The position numbers and the translations under genes were made by a program. Shown in pieces: positions 1 to 9,878 of a DNA stretch of 42,308 nt (position 1 is its first letter; every line of letters starts with the position of its first letter). This stretch comes from Octopus bimaculoides (lineage: Eukaryota), in assembly GCF_001194135.2 (NCBI RefSeq), contig NC_068983.1, positions 90,054,297 to 90,096,604 of the forward strand, given 5' to 3'. Under the pieces are notes generated by a model. It made no database searches. It worked only from the letters and a program-made list of their open reading frames with translations, and was not told where the DNA came from.

Positions 1-330
1 ATTTACTTGGGTTTAATTTACTCCTTTAGTTACCTGTCTGTTGAGCTGTAGAGATAGTGCCCAGCAGCAATAACATCTCACTACAGTAAAACCACAAACC
101 TGTTCAGGTTAAGCTAATTAAGTAAAAGGGAAAACTGTATTGTACACACACACATGTGTGACTAAATATACACATACAGGTATGAATATTAAAATTCTTG
201 GGTTGTAACTTTTCCAAAATGAACAACATATATTATTTTAAATCGTTTTCATAAAATTTCTAAAATTGAAAAAGAAAAAAAAAAATTTTTTTTTATCTAT
301 TAAGAAAGGAATGAGATAGCAGCAACATAC

Positions 331-397
331 CATGACGAGATTTCTTGCTGATTACAATGTTGGAAATGCTATGTCCACCAATGAACTCTTTTACTTC
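331..397 (-). CDS. RAVER1/2-like: Coding exon 2 of Raver-like gene (part of RRM1), 67 nt: EVKEFIGGHSISNIVISKKSRH+G
   Basis: Minus strand: long pyrimidine tract ending TTTCTCACTTTTAG|GAA (AG at 399-398) and donor CATG|GTATGT (GT at 330-329). Open frame in phase 0 joins exon 1 to give RKIIIRNVPPVTYE-EVKEFIGGHSISNIVISKKSRH, resembling vertebrate Raver RRM1 ([37 protein letters not shown], recalled). Confidence 0.85.
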
Positions 398-637
398 CTA
401 AAAGTGAGAAACAGAGTAAGCAGAGAAAGAACAAGAAACAGTTTAAACACAAATTTGACAAAATGATAATACAAAAAACATTTTCTAAATCATTGTAAGA
501 GCAAATGCTCTTAAAGAAACATTGTCTAGTAGTAAGATATATTTTGCCTTATATGGCTCACTTGAGTAATACAACAAATTAAAATTAAAAAAATATTACT
601 AACAAGAACTGTTAAGATTATAATAATTGGTATAATA

Positions 638-800
638 GGGGCATAGTTATGGTAGTTCACAGCCACATAGTTCCAGGTTCAGTCCTGCTGCACAGCACCT
701 TAGACAAGTGCCCTCTACTATAAACCTGGGCTAACCAAACTGTTTGTGTAAATTTGGTGGAAAAAACCCAAAAGAGGCTTATCATGTGTGTGTATGTGTT
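638..800 (+). mobile_element. Degenerate tRNA-derived SINE head (same family as 16653 and 28745)
   Basis: CCACATAGTTCCAGGTTCAGTCCTGCTGCACAGCACCTTAGACAAGTGCCCTCTACTATA aligns by eye with the SINE heads at 16653 and 28745, and is followed by a (TG)n stretch. Confidence 0.7.
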
Positions 801-987
801 GCTTACATTTGCAACACAGTGACAACCATGTTCAGCTTTATTTTCTAACCATTTGTTGTGTTTTTGAAGTTTTTCTTGCAACTGCTTTCTAAGTAACAAG
901 GTAGATTTTTGATTTCTACACATTCTGACTGATAGTATCAGAATTTTAATCATATCAAATTGTGTTAATGATACAAATTTTGTTATT

Positions 988-1952
988 TCATCATCATTTT
1001 TTTCTGATTTTACTGAGGACTGGCGAGCCAGATGGCTGCATCAGGCTCCAATCTGATCTGGCAGTGTCTACAGCTGGATGCCCTTCCTAACGCCAACCAC
1101 TCCGAGAGTGTAGTGGGTGCTTTTACGTGCCACGCTCAAATGGTGTTTTTCATGTGCCACCTGCACAGGAACCAGTCCAGGGACACTGGCAACGACCTCA
1201 CTCCAATATTGTTTTTCACATGCCACTAGCACAAGTGCCAGTAAGGCGACACTGGTAACGATCACGCTCGAATGGTGCTTTTTACATGCCACCGGCACAG
1301 GGGCCAGTCAGTGGCCCTGGCAACGATTACACTCGAATGGTGCTCTTAGTGCTCTACTAGCATGGATGCCAGACATGCAGTGCTGTCATTGAATTTGATT
1401 TCAATTTCACTTGCCTCAACAGGTCTTCGCAAGCAGAGTTTAGTGTCCAATGAAGTAAAGGTATGCATAAGTAGGCTGGTTACACCCCCTCGCATAGACC
1501 ACGAGTTATGGTCTCACTTGGCTTGCCGGGTCTTCTCAAGCACAGCATATTTCCAAAGGTCTCGATCACTAGTCATTGCCTCGGTGAGGCCTAATGTTTG
1601 AAGGTCATACTTCACCACTGCATCCCAGGTCTTCCTGGGTCTACCTCTTCCACAGGTTCCAAAAGGTGTGGCACTTTTTCACACAGCTATCCTCATCCAT
1701 TCTCACCACATGACCATACCAGCACAGTCGGCTCTCTTGCACACCACTTCTGATGCTTCTTGGGTCCAACTTTTCTCTCAAGGCACTTACACTCTGTCGA
1801 GTATGCACACTGACATTACACATCCAGCTGAGCATACTGGCCTTATTCCTTGCAAGCTTACATATGTTCTCAGCAGTCACAGTCCATGTTGCATGGCTGT
1901 TCATACACATATGTCATACAGTCTACCTTTTACTCTTAGCGAGAGTTACTAA
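988..1952 (-). mobile_element. RTE-clade LINE, 3' fragment (ORF C-terminus plus 3' UTR ending in (GAT)n)
   Basis: Minus-strand peptides LSLRVKGRLYD, TWTVTAEN, RLCWYGHVVRMDEDSCVKKCH and GRGRPRKTW are typical RTE C-terminal motifs. The tail ends in GATGATGA. Confidence 0.9.
1110..1345. repeat. Imperfect ~60-bp tandem units in the RTE 3' UTR
   Basis: Recurrent TGGTGCTTTT(T)AC(A/G)TGCCAC and CTGGCAACGA motifs, about four copies. Confidence 0.7.
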
Positions 1953-2719
1953 AATTGACTTGACAGTAATTATTATGAGAGCAGTTATGTTTTCAATCAA
2001 TATTTCCCCAATTACATGTTATGTTATGCTACAAAGGTTAGAAGTGTGATAACTGAGAAGTTGTTTGTCCAACTACCAAATTCTGTGTCACCCTTTTGGA
2101 GGGACACAAATCAAATGAATGATATATCATTCATTTGTTTATATATCGATGAAATTACAAGATTAGTTGTTTTGATAACATAATTTTTATTTATCTTTTT
2201 TAAATCAGCTATTATTGTTTGTTTAGCCCAGTGGTTCTTAAACTGGGAGAGGCGGGACATCAGCAATTTCCAAGAGGCACATGAGCCCTTGAGAAAAAGC
2301 AAGGTCAAATAATGAGAAGTTTATGAAAAAATGCATAAGTACCGCCTTATGACATTAGTTTCCTTACTCTATCATGGCCACGTTTACCATTTTCTGTACT
2401 TATTGACCCCCACTTCATATCCCTCAAAACCCTCACTAATTCTGAATTGTAGTTTTAACATTTGCCTTTATTTTGTAATTTTTTTTTTTTTTGTTACAAG
2501 TTTCAAACTAAGAACCACTGGTATAAAGCTTAGATATTATTATCATGTAAAGACAAATATTTTTTTCAGTTAATAGATTATAAACAAGTTTGATCCACAG
2601 TTTTCATATATATGAAATAATGTGGTTCTTAAAAATCAAGAGACATGCTGAAACATTATCTAATCATTATAGTAACATACTAAGAAATATTAACTTAATT
2701 TAAAAAATTGAAAATTATT

Positions 2720-3132
2720 NNNNNNNNNNNNNNNNNNNNNNNNNNNNNNNNNNNNNNNNNNNNNNNNNNNNNNNNNNNNNNNNNNNNNNNNNNNNNNNNN
2801 NNNNNNNNNNNNNNNNNNNNNNNNNNNNNNNNNNNNNNNNNNNNNNNNNNNNNNNNNNNNNNNNNNNNNNNNNNNNNNNNNNNNNNNNNNNNNNNNNNNN
2901 NNNNNNNNNNNNNNNNNNNNNNNNNNNNNNNNNNNNNNNNNNNNNNNNNNNNNNNNNNNNNNNNNNNNNNNNNNNNNNNNNNNNNNNNNNNNNNNNNNNN
3001 NNNNNNNNNNNNNNNNNNNNNNNNNNNNNNNNNNNNNNNNNNNNNNNNNNNNNNNNNNNNNNNNNNNNNNNNNNNNNNNNNNNNNNNNNNNNNNNNNNNN
3101 NNNNNNNNNNNNNNNNNNNNNNNNNNNNNNNN
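2720..3132. other. Assembly gap (N run)
   Basis: Run of N. Confidence 1.
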
Positions 3133-3170
3133 CATATCTGTGTCGTCCACTGCACATCAAATAATTCGTA

Positions 3171-4883
3171 ATGAGTGCAAACAAATGGAAATATCTTGGT
3201 AAATATATTTGATTTGGATTTGTGTCCCTCCAAAAGGGTGACACAGAAATCCCTCAGTGTGCGATATGTTACAAAACTTTGATCGATGATGGGATGCGAC
3301 ACTCACACTTGGAACGACACTTGAAGACAAGCCCAAGACGTTCTTTGAAACAAAAAGATATTCCTTAAAGCAAGCTAAGTTGGACAGTAGCAGGGCATTT
3401 CAGCAACAAACTTCAATGGCTGTTGAGGCTTCCTATGAGATCGCCATATTGATTGCAAAGAGCAAGAAGAGCCATAAGATTGAAGAGTCTCTCATAAAAC
3501 CAAGTCTAATCTGTGCAGCAGAACTCATTCTCGTGAAAAGATAGTGCAAACAAGCTTTCCCAGATTTCACTGTCAAACAATACAGTCAAGGGAAGGATCA
3601 ACGACTTGTCTCAAGACAAAGATCAAATTCTCAACCAAGTAAGAAATTCTCCAGTATGACAAAACGACTGACATCGCTCAGTGTTCTCAGCTGCTGGTAT
3701 ATGCTCGTTTTGTGTCAGGCAACTGTGTAAAAGAGGAAATGTTGTCCTGTCACCCTATGGATAGTTGTACAATAGCAGCAGCTATTTTTCGTGATGTATC
3801 AAACTTCTTTCAGGAAAACCAACTTTTGTGGGATTTGTTGGTAGGGGTGTGCACTGATGGAGCTCCAGCCAGGCTTTGTCTGCAGTCTGGATTCATTACT
3901 AAAGTGAAAAAAAAAATCCATCTGTTGTAGGTACACACTGTATACTTCATCATGAAACATTAGCATCCAGAACCTTACCTACTGAAATGAGAAATGTCCT
4001 GAACGTGACTATCAAGGTTGTCAACTTTGTTAAACGTAGAGCCTTAAACAGTTATTTTTTAAAAACTTTTGTGTAAAGATATGGAATCTGAACATGAAGC
4101 ATTGCTTTTTCACAGGAACGTACAATGGCTATCAAAGGGGAACATGCTTGGACAGCTTTATGAACTATGAGAAGTAGCAATATTTCTAGATTTGCAACGG
4201 AAGACAGTTCTCCATGACAAGTTCCAGTCTGAAGGCTTTCAGCTATCTCTAGCTTACCTGGTAGACATCTTTGAAGCGTTGAATGCTCTCGACCTTAAAC
4301 TACAAGGGAAAAACTTTCAACATTCTCACGTACCATAACACCATTCGAACATTCATGACCAAACTCAACCTCTGGAAATGTAGAATTCAACAGAGAAATA
4401 CAGTCAATTTTAGTTACTTGGATTCTGCTCTCATTCACGGTAACCTTGATTCTGAGTTAAAGAAACAAATAATCACTCATCTGACTTGAAAACAGAATTC
4501 ATTGGATACTTCCCAGACATAGATGAAAAGCATGAAGCTTGGAAATTCATCAGGAAACCATTTCAGTGTGATGTGACTGACATTTTGGAAGAAGTGTAAG
4601 AGGAGTTTCTTGAGCTGAAGTTTAACTCCCCAGCTAAGGAAGACTTCAAAGAAAGGAATTTTGAGATGTTCTGGATCAAGTACCTTCCTGTTTACCCTCT
4701 GATCTCACATCAGGCTCTTCAGATTTTAGCTATGTTTGGATCCATGTATCTTTGTGAAGCTGCATTTTCCATGCTCGCTGTCAAGACCAAGTACAGAAAC
4801 AAGCTGAACATTGAAAAGAATTACATTGTGCACTTTCTGGCATTCAAGATCTTGTAGCTAAAAAGCAGTGACAAGAATCTCAC
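3171..4883 (+). pseudogene. Buster-type hAT transposase, disrupted by stops and frameshifts
   Basis: BED finger (PQCAICYKTL...HLERHLKT), DKTTDIAQCSQLLVYARF, GVCTDGAPA, HCILHHETLA (CxxH), LAYLVDIFEALNALDLKLQGK and C-terminal FGSMYLCEAAFS...KTKYRNKL are spread over several frames. Confidence 0.92.
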
Positions 4884-5951
4884 TTTTTATATAATGTGAT
4901 TATATATAAAATTATACATATTTTGTATAATATAACTAATTCATATTCAATAAAAAGACTAAAAACATATTTTAGATTTCACTTAAAATCTGGGAGGGAA
5001 TTTTATTCATAGATGCAAGCAGGGTGTAGAGAATAGGATAAATTCTTAGGGGAGGCATGGTAGTAAAAAGGTTAAGAACCACTCGTTTAGCCATTATAGC
5101 TATTTGTAAATTCCCCTTTATCTTAACAGCTATTTTACATTCTTCTTCCCTACTCTGCCTTAAACAGTTAAAAGAAACAACTTTCTGTTTCATGTTTGCA
5201 TGTTAGCTGATATTTACAAAACCATTTTAGTAAAATATTGAATCAATATCAATTTTTGAGGGATTATCTTCACAACAAACAACACCATAACAACAGTCAA
5301 CTTTTGAAGTCCCAGGTCATTTTGATTCTTAATCCTTCACCTCTTAATACAACTACACTTTCTTGTACATCATACCCAATAGCGTATTTACACTTTAACA
5401 AAAAAATGAAATAGAAACTATAGTTTATGACACTTTTCAATATCGTAACCCTTTTATGACTATATTTCTAATGAAATATACAGTTTATGTTTCAGTAACT
5501 TTGAAAATAATCAAAGTTTTGAAAGGATTTACAAAAATAACTTCATTAGACGATCTTAAATGGGTTTTAATAAGGTTAGATGTTTACTTTATTGTGAACT
5601 TAATGGTTTTATTGTAGATAAGGCAAGGCAAAAAAAAAAATAATCCTTGACAAGATGAGAAATAATCTGAGAAACAGATCCCTCAGCAACAGACATCTTT
5701 AATACTAAAACACTATCAGTAACATGTAGTTTACTGCTAGTTCCAACTCATTTTACACTCTAATAGGACAGGTAATCTTTATAAGAGTTAAGTCTTAGTT
5801 TATATAACAATTTATTAATGTGAAGTTCACAATTTACTTCAAATTTGAAAACTCAGAAAGATATTATGATAAGCAAAATGTGTACTCTTACAAGTAGTGA
5901 ACATATATCACGAACTCATTTTAAACATCCCATTATGTTATTAGACTAGAG

Positions 5952-6180
5952 CAGTGATTACCCAAAGTGGATGGTACCCCCTCCCCCACTGGAGGTAGTG
6001 GGAGGATCTATGAGTGCACTGAAGAAAAACAGTAAAAATGGCGTGGCCAAAAGAGGGTACTGGTTGGCAATGCCCACTTATTTTCCTATGGTTTAGAAAA
6101 TAGTGCTTAAAAATCCATCTGTACAAAGTTGCTTGAAGATGATTTTCTTTTATAAACAAGAACAAAAATTTTTAAAAAAA
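5952..6180 (+). mobile_element. Probable left end of a hAT (Charlie-like) non-autonomous element; right end not found
   Basis: CAGTGATTACCCAAAGTGG resembles a hAT TIR and is preceded by GACTAGAG (nnnTAnnn). No matching right TIR or TSD was seen, so the end coordinate is approximate. Confidence 0.45.
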
Positions 6181-6235
6181 ACGAATTCCCTATAAAGATA
6201 TATTACTAACCAACAGCAGCATCAATAAGATCAAA

Positions 6236-6300
6236 ATATATATATACACACACACACACATACATATATATACACACACACACGCGCACGCATATATGTA
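6236..6300. repeat. (TA)n/(CA)n compound microsatellite
   Basis: Direct reading. Confidence 0.9.
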
Positions 6301-6309
6301 GATAATGAT

Positions 6310-6526
6310 TGCTTCATCTTGACAGATGATAGCCATCCTATCAACACACACACCACACAGCACAATCCCTCCCTTGAGATCAGTTACTAACTGACAGGGC
6401 TTGAAACAAGTGACAAATATTCAAATTTCTTCTACATCTTTGCCCTTTTGAAGGAATATTTTTGTGAACTAGCATATGTCTTTTAAGTCCAGATACTGTC
6501 TTACAAATTTTGTGACATATGAAACA
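6310..6526 (-). mobile_element. Probable 3' end of an RTE/BovB-like LINE carrying a C2H2-like motif
   Basis: CFICHKICKTVSGLKRHMLVH (6526-6464) has no TGEKP linker or splice sites and is followed by a short LINE-like tail. Some RTE ORFs end in such a motif (recalled). Confidence 0.45.
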
Positions 6527-7332
6527 AGTTGTAAGAGGTAAGTCACATGAAAATCGAAATGCCCAGGCATATGACACAAGTTGAACCTCAACCACCTCTT
6601 ACAACTTGTCATACATCACAAAACTTGTAAGACATACACACACATATGTATTGTTGTATCCTGGGAGAGTCATTAGGCTAATAATAACAACACAAGTACA
6701 GGTTCAATTCAATTTCTCTATTATTATTATTAGTAAATTAATCGAATATCTAACAACTAATCAATCATTTGTTTAACATGTTGGTTAAATAACCTATTAG
6801 TTGTTTGTTTGTTCATTGAAGTTCCTTTGTTGCTGTTCATGACCTTTTCAGTCACCTATGACTTCCCTACTCCCTCCAAGGAGAATTGATCTTGTGTGTG
6901 TGTATGTGTGTGTACATCCAGGTGACTACTAGTAGGAGTTTGCAGGTGTATGTTGCACTAGCCATCTGTAACCTTTTTAAGGGTTCATTCTTTTGTCATT
7001 TTGCTCAGTTTCTTGTCTGCTGAAGATTTATGGGTTGAGAGTATAGCTTTTTTATGTTGGGAGGGGTAGGAAAGAACAGGATAGGTGTGTGTGAGAATCT
7101 GCATGCACATGTGTTTGTGTGAGTATCTGCTTGTATGTGTATATGTTAGAAAGAGAGAGAGAGAGAGAGCATATGTATGTGCAGACGCATGCGAGTGTAA
7201 TAGTTAGTGTGTGTTTATGGTTGAATCAGTTCTGTGGGTGTGTATGTTCACATGTGTGAAGGTGCAAGTGTTATCTTCTTTGAGTGTTTTCTAGCATGTG
7301 TGTGCATATCTGACAGGGTTTTTTTTCTTACA

Positions 7333-9450
7333 GATTGTACTGGGTGTTTTTTACATGGCACCAGCATTAGTGCCTTTTATGTGGCACTTTGGTCTCAGGA
7401 TATCAATTCTGTTGTGGTGGATGGGTCTTCTTGAGTACAACATGGAGCTACATAGCTCAGTCCTCTCTCATCTCCTTCATAAGGCTCAGCCTCCAATACT
7501 TCGTCCCATATCTTCCACAACTTCCCTCCACTTTAAGCAATCAGCACTTCTTTATGCAACTCTCCTCATCCCTCCACATTATATGACCAAACCAGTGCAG
7601 TCATTTCTCTTGCACATTGCATATTATTCCTCTTATGCCTAAGTTGTCTCTCAATAAACTAATGCTCTGAAGCACATGCACACCAACACTACTTGTCCAA
7701 TGAAACATATCAGCTTCATTCCTCTCCAGTTTTCGCATATCCTCTGTCTCATTACAATGTAGCATTGCAATTCATACACATACATCATATAACTATCCTT
7801 TCACTTGAGGAGAGAGACCTTTGGTTGCCAACAGAGGTAAAAGCTCTCTGAACTTTCTCTTTTCTATTCTTATTCTAGCAATTACACTTTCTGTACAACC
7901 TCTTCCACTGTTAATTAGGTTCTCTAAGGGGCAAAAATTATCTATGACTTCCAGAGAGTAAACAGGACATTAGAGAAAATCAGTTTCCTATGTATCTGTG
8001 GTCTTTATGGCTCCTGTACATTTTCCAATTACAAGCACTACCTTCTCTGTTAACCTTACTGCACCTCTGGTGTGTACACAGCTTGCACTGAGTACATTGA
8101 ATGGAAATTCTGCCTACACCCTTCCTACATATCAAAGCAGGGCCATTTATTTCAAGGATGAAGGGTCCTGTCCAATTTCTTGCTTACTAGGACCTTGGTC
8201 CTTTGCTAAGTTGACTTTTAAGACTTTTTGATTCAAGGTTCTGTTTCCACACCTGGAATTTCTTTTCTAATTCTGTTATAGATTCTGCTACAAGGGCCAG
8301 ATTATTAGCATATAGTAGTTCTCATGTGTTTCCAGTCTTAAATTCTTGTTATAGTCTGGAGGACAATGACGAATAGGAAGGGGCAGAAAACCAAGCTTTG
8401 GTGAACACCTACCACTACACCCAATTCATCACTGTACCCATAGCTAACTCTTATCTTACTAACAGCACCCCTGTACTGCTTTCATAGGCCATTCATCTAC
8501 CTCTAGTTTTCTCAGAGAGCACCATATCACAGAGTGAGGTACTTTGTCAAAGGCTTTCTCTAGAACAGGGGTTGCCAAAAAGGATCCGAAAGACCTCCTA
8601 GGGGTTAACAAGCAATTACATGGGGTCGAATGACCAGCGCACCCAGATGAACTGCTTGAAATACTTAGTCAGCCCCATGAAACGCGGGAACACATGATAA
8701 ATTTTCGCTGCAGAGAGAAGTCTGCAGTCGCTAATATTTGAGGCCTGATGTCATAATCTGTATCGTAACTGAAGACTGAGAGGTGTGATTGAGGGGATGC
8801 GGACTGTCAACTGTTTGTTTATAGACATTACCTGAACCTGGAGGAATGATGCAATTTGAGATTGAAACTGACTGACATTCAGCCTGATATCAATTCAGGA
8901 TTACCATGCTCATACCTCACACTGATGTTGTCAATTTCAATAAAAGATATTCCAGCAATAAGATGCAGAAGTGGCTAAAGGGGGTTGATGGTCAAAAAAG
9001 TCCTCTGGATTAACAAATGCCAGATACAAGGGCTTGTTCTTAGCTAAATACTTCTCCTGCAGTTGCCTGATTATGAAAATAGCATCAGTGGTGCTTCACC
9101 CCACGACAAAGCCAAACTGCATTTCATCTAGTCTAACTGTTCCTAATTAATTTGAGTTATAACTCTCTCTGCAACTTTCATCACTTGGTCCAGCAATTTG
9201 ATGCCTCCATAATTACTTCTATTAAACATCACTATAGAGCACTGTTGAAGAGAGACAAGCACAGTTTGACCATGCAAAAACAACCTTTTTGCTTGATCAT
9301 TTTCATGCCAAAATATTTCCTGTTGAAAATTATAGATCATTTGAAAGTTTTGGATGTGAACTTCCTTCTCATAATTTTGATCAAAATCTGACACATATCA
9401 TGCCATGGTCCCTCAATCACTGATATTTCCACCCATTCACAAAGTTTGTC
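7333..9450 (-). mobile_element. Decayed RTE LINE (RT domain to 3' UTR), interrupted by a hAT derivative
   Basis: Minus-strand NYGGIKLLDQVMKVAERVI, MQFGFV, TTDAIFIIRQLQEKYLAKNKPLYLAFV / LEKAFDKVPHSVIW (split at 8566-9002), plus the RTE tail motif TTTTTACATGGCACC. Confidence 0.88.
8566..9002 (+). mobile_element. Internally deleted hAT element inserted into the RTE RT motif
   Basis: Left TIR CAGGGGTTGCCAAAA follows CTCTAGAA (nnnTAnnn). A degenerate second TSD CTCTGGAT lies at 9003-9010. The interior has a hAT C-terminal-like peptide LRLKLTDIQPDI. The right TIR appears mostly lost. Confidence 0.75.
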
Positions 9451-9878
9451 CCGTTTTTCTTTTTTTTTTTTTTTTGTTGACTGCTGAATGGTAGCCCTCA
9501 TTCTAGTTCTATGTGCTGGAGCACTAAAACTCAATGTGTTGAAAATCATACAATCATGAAGAGGAATGATTTAGCTTTATTTTGATATAAAAATTGATGG
9601 AGATAGATCAGATAATCATTCTGAAATATAAAAGTGAAAATTTAATTGTTAATTTCCACTTAGAAAAGAACATATTTTCTAGATTTTTATATCATAAAGG
9701 AGAAAAATTTCTCAAGAATTCAATATGGTCACTGACAAATCTGACCACAATTTGGCAAAAAAGCACAAAATGAACAAAGAGGAAGGTATACTGATGTTAC
9801 TTCTCAAACTGGCATTCCTGTGTAACAATAGGTCAAACGGAACATGAATGCAAGTCCTATGTGATTAATTTTTTTTTT

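Larger units (their letters stand above)
2229..5084 (+). mobile_element. hAT DNA transposon, Buster/Charlie type, full-length ends
   Basis: TIRs CAGTGGTTCTTAAAC (2229) and GGTTAAGAACCACTC (ending 5084). Perfect 8-bp TSD GTTTAGCC at 2221-2228 and 5085-5092, matching the nnnTAnnn Buster consensus. Confidence 0.95.

Noticed and set aside
25-85. Possible small minus-strand exon (TGTAG|...ACAG|GTAACT)
   Set aside because: Weak pyrimidine tract, and no reading frame resembling the expected continuation of Raver RRM1.
1110-1345. Regularly spaced repeats superficially like a CRISPR array (also 41861-41930)
   Set aside because: Eukaryotic context, degenerate units without unique spacers, no cas genes; they lie inside an RTE 3' UTR and an LTR.
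2690-3302. Long ORFs in the ORF track here and at 32187-32487, 38508-39329 and 40401-41396
   Set aside because: They run through N gaps (poly-X) and are artefacts.
6380-6595. C2H2 ZNF gene exon
   Set aside because: Single finger, no linker, no splice signals, and overlapped by a fold-back; more likely retroelement-derived.
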